IMG/VR virus record: IMGVR_UViG_3300032007_000002
Origin: a virus
Taxonomy: Duplodnaviria > Heunggongvirae > Uroviricota > Caudoviricetes
DNA length: 64,000 nucleotides
Direction: 5' to 3' (one strand)
Part shown: one piece after another, positions 19,064 through 28,298 of the stretch
How positions within the stretch are numbered: the first letter of the stretch is position 1
Layout of the letters: every line of letters begins with the position of its first letter
Translations under genes and position numbers: made by a program
Notes under the pieces: generated by a model
What the model saw: the letters and a program-made list of their open reading frames with translations, nothing else
Told to the model about the DNA's origin: nothing
Database searches by the model: none

Positions 19064-19702
19064 ATGGCCGAAGAAAAGAAATATACCGCAGAAGACGTCC
19101 AGATCATCAAGGAACAGATTGCCACGCTTAACCGGGAACTTGTTAAGGCCGAAGCCTGCGTCCGCGCAGAAGGGCTCGGCGGCTTGCAGGAAACCCTGGA
19201 CAAGCTGCTAATCAACAAGGTCATCATGTCGGGAAAGCCGGCACCGGACGGGGAGTGCATGGCCATGTTCGTGCGCTCCGTCGAACCCGAAATGGTTGAC
19301 AGCATCCACCGCAGGGCGGTACTCCGCGGCGCCAGCATCCTCATCCGGCAGGACAAATGCAGCATCGACGATCTGGCCATCTACCTCTATACAGATACCC
19401 AGGGCAACCCGGAGCATACCGTAATCGGGTTCGACGAACCCAAGGACGGGGAACTCGTCGAATACCGCATCGTCCCGCGCCTTTCCGTCACGGACCCGAA
19501 AGGCCAGGGCCGCAAGATCCTCGCCGACGCACTGGAACTCCGCAACAAGGCACACGCCAAGGACGGGAAAATGAGCGTCTCCAAGTTCGTCAGCAACATC
19601 AACAGCTACATCCGCTTCGACAAGAAGATCGGCAAGATGGACCCGGAGTTCACCCGGGAGCTCGAAGAACTCGCCGATGAAATGACCGGGGATAACGATT
19701 AG
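19064..19702 (+). CDS. hypothetical protein (alternative start 19046)
   Basis: Track ORF 18998..19702 trimmed to in-frame ATG codons downstream of the motif. Confidence 0.5.
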   Translation: MAEEKKYTAEDVQIIKEQIATLNRELVKAEACVRAEGLGGLQETLDKLLINKVIMSGKPAPDGECMAMFVRSVEPEMVDSIHRRAVLRGASILIRQDKCSIDDLAIYLYTDTQGNPEHTVIGFDEPKDGELVEYRIVPRLSVTDPKGQGRKILADALELRNKAHAKDGKMSVSKFVSNINSYIRFDKKIGKMDPEFTRELEELADEMTGDND

Positions 19703-19705
19703 CCC

Positions 19706-20053
19706 ATGCCGTACCAGCACCCACACCCATACCTCATGACACCCGACTTACCGGACTGTGCCCCGGATAAACCAGGGAAAGTTCGGCAATGGCTGCGCGA
19801 CCATGAACTCGGCATCGTGACGGCCGTCTTGATTCTGATTGGCGTAGGACTAATCGCCCTGATAACCATTTCCAATGACCCCTCCCGACTTTCGGTCTAT
19901 GAACTGGAAGTTGACGGCCACCGGTGCATCGGCACCCACCAGACAATCGACCTTTACCGGAGCAACCCCCACGCGTCCATCGTGCACTGCCAGGACGGCA
20001 GCACCATCAGGAACGCGGTCAACGTCCGCTATATCCGGCTTATCAAACCATAA
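19706..20053 (+). CDS. membrane protein (one transmembrane helix)
   Basis: ORF track; LGIVTAVLILIGVGLIALITI. Confidence 0.5.
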   Translation: MPYQHPHPYLMTPDLPDCAPDKPGKVRQWLRDHELGIVTAVLILIGVGLIALITISNDPSRLSVYELEVDGHRCIGTHQTIDLYRSNPHASIVHCQDGSTIRNAVNVRYIRLIKP

Positions 20054-20074
20054 AACTATTAAGGAGACACACCA

Positions 20075-20494
20075 ATGAGCGAAATCACCACGCGAGAATA
20101 CATCGTCCTGCTCAGGAAAGACGGCATCTACAACCAGTTCAGGGTCACCGCCCCGAACGTTGACGAGGCCCTCAAGTATGCCGATTTCGACATGGCAATT
20201 CCGGGCCCGAGCAATACGCAACTCCTGCTCCTGTATTCCGAACCGACCCGCAAGCCGGACGACTTCACCGAATACCGGTACATCATCTGCCTGAACAAGA
20301 ACGGCACGACCTGCCAGAACAGCATCGTGGCAACCGACATCATCAGCGCGTTGAAGCAGTGCGGTTTCGACATCTGCGTAAACGGCAAGGTAGATACATT
20401 GCTCCATGCCGTTTACCGCGAAGACAAGGTTCCCCCGACCATCATCAACACGTCGAAGGAGACTTCCGATGCAGCCGATACGAAAACTGCTTAA
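20075..20494 (+). CDS. hypothetical protein
   Basis: AAGGAGA SD. Confidence 0.5.
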   Translation: MSEITTREYIVLLRKDGIYNQFRVTAPNVDEALKYADFDMAIPGPSNTQLLLLYSEPTRKPDDFTEYRYIICLNKNGTTCQNSIVATDIISALKQCGFDICVNGKVDTLLHAVYREDKVPPTIINTSKETSDAADTKTA

Positions 20495-20882
20495 CTCCAT
20501 CGTGTTCTCGGGGTTCACCGACGGCATGTCCCTGGACCACCGGGAGAAATTCTTGAAAGCCGTCGCCCGGCAGAACCCCAAATACGTATACAAGGTGGCG
20601 AAGGGGGCGGACGGTAAGCTGGCCATAGTCCACCAGTTCGAGCTCGCCGACGACAACGTGAGCAAGTACCTGGTCCTGGAATGTGTCGAAAGCCAGGTCA
20701 ACGCAATCAAGGGCATGAGCAAGAAGCAGGCACAGGACACGCTGTCCGCACTGTTCCCCAAGCAGTCGCATATCCGTGGCCAGCTCGACCAGCCGGGCAT
20801 CATCGTCCAGCCGTACCACCCGAGTGATGTCCCGCCGGAAATCAGGGAGCAGAACCTGCTTGCGATGCAGGAAGGCAAATAA
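20469..20882 (+). CDS. hypothetical protein
   Basis: Start MQPIRK after AAGGAGA; from track ORF 20406..20882. Confidence 0.45.
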   Translation: MQPIRKLLNSIVFSGFTDGMSLDHREKFLKAVARQNPKYVYKVAKGADGKLAIVHQFELADDNVSKYLVLECVESQVNAIKGMSKKQAQDTLSALFPKQSHIRGQLDQPGIIVQPYHPSDVPPEIREQNLLAMQEGK

Positions 20883-20892
20883 GGGAGCAGCT

Positions 20893-21417
20893 ATGGAACA
20901 GAAAGAGATTGACCGTGTTAAGCGGCTTCGCGAGAATGTCATTAAGGCGATGCAGGATGCAGTAGCCGAGAAGCCGGACGAGTTCGACCCGGACCGTCTT
21001 CAGCAAGCGATCGACGCCGTGAACGCCGTAGAAGACGAACGTCTCGACGTCTACCTAATCCTGAACAACCCGAAATCAATATTGCTCCGACAAATAAGGT
21101 TCACTGACGAAGAGGTTCAGCGAATACGCGACGTGTTCCCGGCGCTACATAGCGAAATCCTCAAAGAGGTCCACGACGTAGGAGACGACCGTTCGCGAGA
21201 CGACTATCTATGGAAGCTGAAAACTCCGACATTGCCGACGTATGCTGTCCATATAGTCAAGAAGCACTCGAAAAAGCCTTACGTGCTCAGCGGTTGCGGT
21301 CTCGGCGGTTTGAGTACGCTGTGCGATTTTGAACACGAAACCATAGATGACTTGGCCAAGCGAGTCAAGTGCATCATGAACGAAGACATTAAGTATGGGG
21401 TGGCAAATGCTGGATAG
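20893..21417 (+). CDS. hypothetical protein
   Basis: Start MEQKEID after AAGGGAG; from track ORF 20776..21417. Confidence 0.45.
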   Translation: MEQKEIDRVKRLRENVIKAMQDAVAEKPDEFDPDRLQQAIDAVNAVEDERLDVYLILNNPKSILLRQIRFTDEEVQRIRDVFPALHSEILKEVHDVGDDRSRDDYLWKLKTPTLPTYAVHIVKKHSKKPYVLSGCGLGGLSTLCDFEHETIDDLAKRVKCIMNEDIKYGVANAG

Positions 21418-21979
21418 GATATACCCGAAATCGGAGCATCAATTCTTGTCGCACGGACTGGACCAGTTTACCTACGACGAGACGGAGAAGCTGGGATATA
21501 AAAGCTGGGACACCGAAGATATTCCCGACCTTGATGACTATATAAATTGGTCCAGGAAGATGGGCTTGCGTATCCTCATCTATCGTGGCGACGGCATATA
21601 CGCAACTAACTGCGGCTACTGGAATAACCGTCAGTATGTTGCCACGTACAAGGACGTCCCCGTGTGGACGGTTGCCATGCCACGCTATGAATGGAGCCTT
21701 AAGAATTTTTATGGCCAGATTAGCATGCTTAATGACATCGAGCACAACAAAGACTGGACTGAAGGAAACGCGTGGCTGATAGATAGACCCATTTCGTATT
21801 TACGTAGGCCGGTATTCACCAAGTGTATCGAACTGATAAAGAAGTATATCGACGAATCTGGCTTCGACTATGAGAAATACAAGGCCCTGAACGGCGGGAA
21901 AGACCCGTTCCGGGATAAAATCTACAAAAAATTCTCGTGCGAAGATATAACCGACGAGAAGTCGCAGGAAGACAAATAA
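21395..21979 (+). CDS. hypothetical protein (start 21395 or 21407)
   Basis: ORF track; lower-GC stretch. Confidence 0.45.
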   Translation: MGWQMLDRIYPKSEHQFLSHGLDQFTYDETEKLGYKSWDTEDIPDLDDYINWSRKMGLRILIYRGDGIYATNCGYWNNRQYVATYKDVPVWTVAMPRYEWSLKNFYGQISMLNDIEHNKDWTEGNAWLIDRPISYLRRPVFTKCIELIKKYIDESGFDYEKYKALNGGKDPFRDKIYKKFSCEDITDEKSQEDK

Positions 21980-21988
21980 GGGGCGCAC

Positions 21989-22543
21989 ATGCAAACAATA
22001 ACTGTCAGAGAGAATAAGAGAACTTTCCAGGTGCAGATGCCGGAAAACGTCGACATGGGCTCCATATTCATCGAGCCAACCCCGGCCAGCGTGGACGAAC
22101 TGTCGAAAATCAAGGCAAAGGTGAAAGACACCCTGAAAATGATGATGGACGTGGTTGACAACCCGGACGAGTCCTCCGACAACAAGCTACTGACCATTAT
22201 CGCGGTCAGGAATTTCATCGAGCGGTTCCGTTCGGCAGGACGTAACGACGAACATACGATGATTTCGTTCATCCAGAGCAATAACGTCGAACTGCTTATA
22301 CACCGGACAATCAAGTACGAAGACGACACGTATGGTTCCTTTGTCGCGGCCTCGCTTAAAATGATGCTGTCGCCCAAGGGCGCCGACCTGGATGCGCCTT
22401 GCAACTGGCATGTGCGATGCACGACATACAAGCCGAACGATACCCAAGAATATTCCATCGGGGATGATTTCGAAGAGGGCGAAGATACGGTCAATACGAT
22501 CAAGAGCCTTGTAGCATCCATCTGCACGCTGGGAAAGGCTTAG
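21989..22543 (+). CDS. hypothetical protein
   Basis: ORF track. Confidence 0.5.
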   Translation: MQTITVRENKRTFQVQMPENVDMGSIFIEPTPASVDELSKIKAKVKDTLKMMMDVVDNPDESSDNKLLTIIAVRNFIERFRSAGRNDEHTMISFIQSNNVELLIHRTIKYEDDTYGSFVAASLKMMLSPKGADLDAPCNWHVRCTTYKPNDTQEYSIGDDFEEGEDTVNTIKSLVASICTLGKA

Positions 22544-22565
22544 CCCACCCGATGCACCAAAAATA

Positions 22566-22597
22566 AAAGACCGGGATTAGTTCCCGGCCTTTTTCGT
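22566..22597. terminator. bidirectional rho-independent terminator between convergent genes
   Basis: aaagaccggg-attagtt-cccggccttttt hairpin with T-runs on both sides. Confidence 0.6.
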
Positions 22598-23053
22598 TAT
22601 GTCCTGATCCATCTTCATTGTAATCAGCCTGATGTTCTCCGTGCCCCGGTGTCGGACAATCTCGTCATGCTTCATGCCGTTCTTGCCGAGCGCATCCTCC
22701 AACGTAGGGAATATGGCGTATATCAGGCGCCCGTGGTCGAGGATGCTCACGATCTCGCCGTTACGGGTATCAAGCAGCGCATACATCTCCTTTTCGAGCC
22801 GGTCGAAATGGTTCGTGTACTTGCACTTCGCCACGACAACGTAGAGATAGTCCTTGTTTATAGGATAATGGTCCGCCCGGACCCATGCCTCGTAACCGGC
22901 ATCCTTGAGCCTGGAAACCATCTCGGTAGCAATCGCGTGGTCATCCTTGCCGGAACCTATTGCGAGCTCGGTTTCGTTGCGCATGTGCGCCTCGTCATAC
23001 CGGAGACCGCCGAGCATGATTTCAAGATATTTGTCATAGTCGAACTGTCTCAT
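22577..23053 (-). CDS. putative PD-(D/E)xK nuclease (Hjc/Mrr-like restriction-endonuclease fold)
   Basis: ETELA...DAGYEAWVRAD...DYLYVVVAKCK resembles the E..L...G..v.R...D..a....IEvK pattern. Confidence 0.4.
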   Translation of the reverse strand: MRQFDYDKYLEIMLGGLRYDEAHMRNETELAIGSGKDDHAIATEMVSRLKDAGYEAWVRADHYPINKDYLYVVVAKCKYTNHFDRLEKEMYALLDTRNGEIVSILDHGRLIYAIFPTLEDALGKNGMKHDEIVRHRGTENIRLITMKMDQDITKKAGN

Positions 23054-23247
23054 TCCCGAATCTCCTCCGGGATGTCATGATACAGCAGGGACAACTGCGG
23101 GTCCCACGCGGCGTTCATCAGCGCATCCATCCCTTCCGGCCACTTGGCCCTGATGTTGAGCAGGCGGTTCCGTGCCTTCCTGGCCTTTTCAATCCTGCGC
23201 AGCTTCTTCACGCGCTTGCGCTCGCGTTTCCTTGCAATGTTTGGCAT
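23050..23247 (-). CDS. small basic protein
   Basis: ORF track; Lys/Arg-rich. Confidence 0.35.
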   Translation of the reverse strand: MPNIARKRERKRVKKLRRIEKARKARNRLLNIRAKWPEGMDALMNAAWDPQLSLLYHDIPEEIRE

Positions 23248-24424
23248 GATATTGCTCCATGGCTGTCAATATTTCCTTGTCGAACTCGTCGCGCACTTCC
23301 TTGAATAGAGGCTCAGACGATTGTCTAGTTTCGGGCGTGTCCGGCACTTCGGACGGCGTTCCGTGGCTAATCAGCATGTTTTGCCCCCTGTACGGTTCCG
23401 GGCGTTCGGCCCACGCAAGAACAATGCTGTCGTCATAGTAGTATTCGCCGGTCCCGTCGTCCCATTGCGGGTTCTCCCTGCTCCCGTAGAATATCGCGGA
23501 GCAGGTCTCCCTGCTGGTCGCGGAATGTTCAATGGTGACAAGGACACGGGCGCCCATGTCCGGGAGACGTTCCGAAGTCGGGATCCATTCTATTCCGCGG
23601 GAACGCTGGTGCTCTTTGGACGGTACCGAGACGAAAATCTCGCCCTCGTAGCGTTGCCTGAACGCAAAATACCCGATACGCTGGCGTTCGGTGGACGCCC
23701 AAACATCGTCGAGGCGCGGGTCGTCCTTCCATGTATGCTCGGACACGTGGAACGGGATCGTGCAGTTCTCCCAGAACGTGAGGTTCGCCGGACGCTGCCT
23801 GCCGAAGCGGTGCGCACCGCCGAGGACAAGTTTCGCCCTTGCGCGTGCTTCGTAGCCGGGGAACACTACGTTGGTGAACCCGCGCATCGCCCTGTCCGTC
23901 AGGCAACCGAAGTCGTCGAGGAACAGGAAGTCCCAACCAATGCCGCGGGTATTCTTTTCCAGTTCCGCGCGGGCGCAGAATACGCTCCCGTTGCAGAACC
24001 GTATCTTCTGCGCCGTCCACTCGGTCACGCCGGGCTGCATCCAGTACGGGATGCGCAGGTACATCTCCCGGACGATGGACTTGAAGTAGCCTTCCGCGCC
24101 CTTGCGCTTGGGTGCCATGTAGAGCGCGGCGTATTTCGGCTGGAACATGCAGGCCCACAGCATGTAGCCGAGGACTAGGGTGGTATAGCCGGCCTGCCGG
24201 TACCAGTCCCCCTTAATCAGCTTGTTGTCGCGGATCGCGTCGAGTTCCTGCACCTGCCTGGGCCGGAGGGGGAACTTTACCGCGCCGAGCACGGAATGGA
24301 TGTAGAAGTAGTTTTCGAGGAAGTATCTCGGGTCGTGCTTGCACTTCTCGATTTCGAGCAGCTGGGCCGGTTCGAGCCGGATCTCTTCTCCCTCGCCACG
24401 GAGGTCAGGATTGCGCCTATACAT
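23189..24424 (-). CDS. terminase-large-subunit-like ATPase domain protein with non-canonical Walker A and C-terminal DUF551-like domain
   Basis: FPLRPRQVQELD...YRQAGYTT (RQxGKT pattern with K replaced by Y)...DFLFLDDFG (Walker B); C-terminus LPDMGARVLV...YYDDSIVLAWAERPEPY resembles DUF551. Confidence 0.45.
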   Translation of the reverse strand: MYRRNPDLRGEGEEIRLEPAQLLEIEKCKHDPRYFLENYFYIHSVLGAVKFPLRPRQVQELDAIRDNKLIKGDWYRQAGYTTLVLGYMLWACMFQPKYAALYMAPKRKGAEGYFKSIVREMYLRIPYWMQPGVTEWTAQKIRFCNGSVFCARAELEKNTRGIGWDFLFLDDFGCLTDRAMRGFTNVVFPGYEARARAKLVLGGAHRFGRQRPANLTFWENCTIPFHVSEHTWKDDPRLDDVWASTERQRIGYFAFRQRYEGEIFVSVPSKEHQRSRGIEWIPTSERLPDMGARVLVTIEHSATSRETCSAIFYGSRENPQWDDGTGEYYYDDSIVLAWAERPEPYRGQNMLISHGTPSEVPDTPETRQSSEPLFKEVRDEFDKEILTAMEQYHAKHCKETRAQAREEAAQD

Positions 24425-24523
24425 AGATGCCTCGGTTCTGTCTGGAACATGTTTACCTTATAAAATTAGGTTTCGGATTTCAAAAAATGATACTAATTTT
24501 TAAAAAATCGAGTGTAAAATTTT

Positions 24524-25414
24524 CTAAACAGACAGGTCGGCAATGAGGACGGCCTCGTCGGACCACCCTCCGCGCAGCTTCCCGTCGCTGTGCAGGACGA
24601 AGTTGCGGATGTATTTATGTTCCAGCTCGATTTCGAACTCCCTGCGGGCGTCCACCGCCCGGAACTCCACTTTCGCCCCGCCGATGAACCCGTAGAAGCA
24701 CCGGCACTTGGTGGACTCCTTCAGGCCGCCGAGCATCGACCCGAACATGTCCTTGATATACCTCGGCGCCCCGCCGAAATACTCCGCACGGAACAGGAAG
24801 TTGTCGATGCCGTGCTTCATGGCGATGTTCAGGTAGTTGTCGAGCCACACGCGGGTAATGTCGTTGGTAATCGTGCAGTTGAGGCGGAACTTGCGCTTCC
24901 CGTCGGCGAGCATCGAGAACAGCCTCCCCACGTCGATGATGTCCGGCACGTCGGTACCGAAAATCTCCCGGTTCTGTGCGTTGCTGAAACTGTGGCGGCT
25001 GACGTTCACGTATTTCAGCTTCTGCCGGTGGTCAAGGACTGGGAGGGACCGTTCCAGGAACGTGCCGTTCGTTGTCAGCGCGTAGTAGTCGATGCCGCTC
25101 TGCTCAAGCACGTCGAACAGCCCGTAGAGCCGGTCGTTGCCTGGCAACAGGGGTTCCCCGCCGGTGAGGGACACGCGGTCGATTGCGCCGGCCTTCACCA
25201 GCTCGTCAAGGCAGAGCCACAGCACGCCCGGATCAAGGACGTTGCGTTTCTTGGCGCCGCCTGTCTTGGCAAGGGAGCAGAAGCCGCACTTCGCGTTGCA
25301 CATGTCGGTCACCTCGACATACAGTGTGCGCTTCGCGGATCCGGCGGAGCAGCAGGAGCCGGTATAGACCTGGTACTCCTTGCCGAAAATGGTCATCGGT
25401 GTCACGTCTTTCAT
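24524..25414 (-). CDS. radical SAM enzyme, MoaA/viperin-like
   Basis: VTDMCNAKCGFCSLAKTGG (CxxxCxxC; viperin has CNYKCGFC), VSLTGGEPLL, ALTTNGTFL; 296 aa. Confidence 0.75.
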   Translation of the reverse strand: MKDVTPMTIFGKEYQVYTGSCCSAGSAKRTLYVEVTDMCNAKCGFCSLAKTGGAKKRNVLDPGVLWLCLDELVKAGAIDRVSLTGGEPLLPGNDRLYGLFDVLEQSGIDYYALTTNGTFLERSLPVLDHRQKLKYVNVSRHSFSNAQNREIFGTDVPDIIDVGRLFSMLADGKRKFRLNCTITNDITRVWLDNYLNIAMKHGIDNFLFRAEYFGGAPRYIKDMFGSMLGGLKESTKCRCFYGFIGGAKVEFRAVDARREFEIELEHKYIRNFVLHSDGKLRGGWSDEAVLIADLSV

Positions 25415-26088
25415 TTGGTAATCCTGCTGAACATGTTGATGCTGTATTTTTCGCCGTCGTTGAACTTAATCCCCATCTCGTTGAGGAGGGCGGTATCGCG
25501 CATGAGGTAGTGGAACCGGTCGGAACCGCTCATCTTAGACCACCTGCGGTCGTATTCCACCATGTAGGGGTAGCGCTTGTAGAAGGACTTCATGAAGTCC
25601 TCGACAATCGCGACGGCTTCCTTCTTGCGCTTCTTGTAAACGGCCTGCAGTTTCTTGTCAAACGGCCTGCCACCGCGCCTATGGAGCATTGCCAGTTTCG
25701 CCTCCGGCGTATCTGGATAGTCGATGTTGTAGTATTTCTTTCCCAGTGCGATGAAATCCAGGTACTTTTCTTTTACCAGCATATAGTTGGTATAGACCGA
25801 AGCGCCATTGATATGCGCGTTGAATAATGTCGGTTCGCCTGCAAAGAAATTCCTAGCTTCCTCGGTACTCGAATACGAGACATTATAGATCAGGTGGAAA
25901 TTGAACATGACATAGGGCCGGTCAATGAAGGCAAACGATACCCTGCCAATAAATGCACCGCGCTCGGTAATATCGAAATCGGACACCGAGGACGGATTGT
26001 ACGCGTCCTTGTAATAGTCGACGAGACGCTTGGGGAGGACATAGCCGCCCTGTTCCACGATCGACTTCACGAATTTCAGCATGTCCAT
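25411..26088 (-). CDS. hypothetical protein, translationally coupled to the radical SAM gene
   Basis: Start MDMLKF overlaps the upstream stop (ATCTAATGGACA); its stop overlaps the radical SAM start (ATGA). Confidence 0.5.
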   Translation of the reverse strand: MDMLKFVKSIVEQGGYVLPKRLVDYYKDAYNPSSVSDFDITERGAFIGRVSFAFIDRPYVMFNFHLIYNVSYSSTEEARNFFAGEPTLFNAHINGASVYTNYMLVKEKYLDFIALGKKYYNIDYPDTPEAKLAMLHRRGGRPFDKKLQAVYKKRKKEAVAIVEDFMKSFYKRYPYMVEYDRRWSKMSGSDRFHYLMRDTALLNEMGIKFNDGEKYSINMFSRITK

Positions 26089-26576
26089 TAGATGGGTCTC
26101 CCTTGGGGTTTCCTGATGGAGCGCGATTGCGCCCACCGGTTTGCCTCGGCAATCAGTTCCTTGGCGCTTGGCGGGGTCAATGACAGTTTCGGCCAGCCCT
26201 GGCGCACCAGGGGAATCGGATATGGCCTCTTTGCCCGTTCTTCGGCCAGCCGGGCTTCCTCCGCCTCCCGTTTCCAGCGGTTCCTGACTTCCTCCGGCAC
26301 CAGCTGGAGGGGGATTTCCTCGGCCTCGTATGAAATCTCGACAGGTTCACTTTCGAACCGGTCAAGATATAAAGTCTCCCGCTTGGCCTCGCCTAGCGTC
26401 TCGTAATACCCGACCAGCCACTTGCAGGACGGATAGACCTTGAAAAGCCGGTAAACGCAGTTCGCGTTCTGCAGCCACGGGGTGCTCTCGACGTTCTTCG
26501 GCCTGAACTCGAACTTAGCTGGAAACCCGGGGTCGGCTGCCAAGTATCTCTGCCCGAAACATTCTGCTGGTGTCAT
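26088..26576 (-). CDS. hypothetical protein; N-domain paralogous to 12711..13361
   Basis: ORF track; shared KVYPS.KWLVG segment. Confidence 0.5.
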   Translation of the reverse strand: MTPAECFGQRYLAADPGFPAKFEFRPKNVESTPWLQNANCVYRLFKVYPSCKWLVGYYETLGEAKRETLYLDRFESEPVEISYEAEEIPLQLVPEEVRNRWKREAEEARLAEERAKRPYPIPLVRQGWPKLSLTPPSAKELIAEANRWAQSRSIRKPQGRPI

Positions 26577-26812
26577 TTTTCACCTCTGGAAAACCGTGTT
26601 GCCGTCTCCCACGGGTTCTGCGAATTGATGTCCCGGAGCGCCTTCGCGAGACCCGCCTCGCCTGACTGGGGCTTGACAGGCACAATCTTCTTGGCGGCAT
26701 CTGAATTGAGCATCTCGGTAAACCGCGAACATCCTACAATCTGGTCAAGAACTGGTTGCTGCATGTTGCCTCCGTCAGTCGAAATCGTCTTCAAACGGCT
26801 CGTTATCGTCAT
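26573..26812 (-). CDS. hypothetical small protein
   Basis: ORF track; ATGA overlap with the downstream gene. Confidence 0.4.
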   Translation of the reverse strand: MTITSRLKTISTDGGNMQQPVLDQIVGCSRFTEMLNSDAAKKIVPVKPQSGEAGLAKALRDINSQNPWETATRFSRGEK

Positions 26813-27677
26813 GGGTGGGGCCGCTGCACGAATTGACCGGTTCCAGTTCCGGGTTGATTGCTTCGAGCGTCATGTAATATTCAACGAAGGCATTGATATA
26901 GACAAGCGACTTCTCGATTGCCGCATCGGCGTCCTTGTTCCGACCCATCATCTTCTTGAGCTTGGCAATATTGTCTTCGCGGTACTTCGCGTTATGCGGG
27001 TCCTTGATGGCATGGCCGACATAGGTGTCGATGCGGGCGCCAATCATGCGCGGGTTGCTCTCGGCATCCATGGCCTCCTTGCAGGCCTGTTCGGCCTCGG
27101 CGCGGGTCTTGTAGAGCTTACGGTCATGGGACTCCGCAATAAGTTCGTTGACTTCCGCGTCGGTCTTCTTTTCGGTACATAACCGGCTTGCGTAATACTC
27201 GCCGGTCAGCTTGGACGGCTTGATGATGTAGCGGACATACTTTTCGTTGTATTCCCTGCATTTCGCGGCGTTGGCTTCCCGCTTCTTCCTTTCTTCCGCC
27301 TGGCGGCGTTTCCAGTCCGCCTGGATAGCCGGCCAGTTGTCCTCGCAGAAGGCAATCATCCAATACGCATGGTCCCAGTACCTGGCATCGTCATGCTTGT
27401 CCCCGATCTTGTCGAGCCGCGCCTGGACCTGATCTTCTGCCGGCTTGCAGAGATGGCGGAATATGCCGAACAGTCCGTTCAGTATCTGTCCTTCCCAGTT
27501 GCAAGATTGCTCGGAAAATGCAAGATAGCGGGCAATCAGCCGCGGGTCGCCCTCCCCGACAACATCCTTGCCTTCCGTCTTGTTTTCAAGCGGGGACTTC
27601 TTGGCGTCTTCCCAGATTTGCTTTCCGCGGGCGATAAGTTCCTGGTCATCGCCGATTACGAATTTTCTTTCTTCCAT
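26775..27677 (-). CDS. hypothetical protein
   Basis: ORF track. Confidence 0.5.
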   Translation of the reverse strand: MEERKFVIGDDQELIARGKQIWEDAKKSPLENKTEGKDVVGEGDPRLIARYLAFSEQSCNWEGQILNGLFGIFRHLCKPAEDQVQARLDKIGDKHDDARYWDHAYWMIAFCEDNWPAIQADWKRRQAEERKKREANAAKCREYNEKYVRYIIKPSKLTGEYYASRLCTEKKTDAEVNELIAESHDRKLYKTRAEAEQACKEAMDAESNPRMIGARIDTYVGHAIKDPHNAKYREDNIAKLKKMMGRNKDADAAIEKSLVYINAFVEYYMTLEAINPELEPVNSCSGPTHDDNEPFEDDFD

Positions 27678-28288
27678 GCTCTCCTCATTGCGGTTACGGA
27701 TGCCTCCGGGGACACGCGGAACTTCTCGCGCTCTCCGGTAAACAGCCTTTCAAGTTCGATTTCCACCTGGTTCTTCGGGGCGCCCACAGGCGTGATGTTG
27801 AATACGCGGTACGGAATCTCGTCATGGAAGCCCACGCAGATTTCCTCGCCGACCATGAGGTCGGAGACCTTGGTTTTCACCTTCATGCGCTCGTATTCGT
27901 AAATCTGGATGGCCTTCGGGCGGAAGTCCGGGTGCTCCTCCAGCCACTTGATGCGCTGCATGACGGTGCAGCAGGCGCGTGAAAGGTCTTCCATGCGCTC
28001 GATGCAGGTGGGGCACCCGCCGAGACCGATGTCGTTCGTCATGTACTTGCCGGTAGCGTTCTCCTTCAAGAGCGCGTTGTAGAAATTCACGTGCGGCTCG
28101 TGGAACATGTCGTTGGACGCGTCGAACGTGCAGAACGTGGCCTCCCCGCCCTCGATGACGGGGGACACGATGACGCCGGACGACATCCACTGGGGATGTT
28201 CCCCGTCGAAACACCTGAGCGACAGCCCGTAATGGGTGCATATCGCGTCGAACTGGTCCATTGTGATCCAGGGTTGTTCATTATCCAT
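27656..28288 (-). CDS. hypothetical protein
   Basis: ORF track. Confidence 0.5.
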   Translation of the reverse strand: MDNEQPWITMDQFDAICTHYGLSLRCFDGEHPQWMSSGVIVSPVIEGGEATFCTFDASNDMFHEPHVNFYNALLKENATGKYMTNDIGLGGCPTCIERMEDLSRACCTVMQRIKWLEEHPDFRPKAIQIYEYERMKVKTKVSDLMVGEEICVGFHDEIPYRVFNITPVGAPKNQVEIELERLFTGEREKFRVSPEASVTAMRRAWKKENS

Positions 28289-28298
28289 ATAATTTCTC

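Noticed and set aside
24524-25414. Calling the radical SAM gene queE or moaA outright
   Set aside because: The cluster motif differs from QueE (CNLRCxYCDT) and no Moco pathway partners are present; kept as generic MoaA/viperin-like pending profile search.
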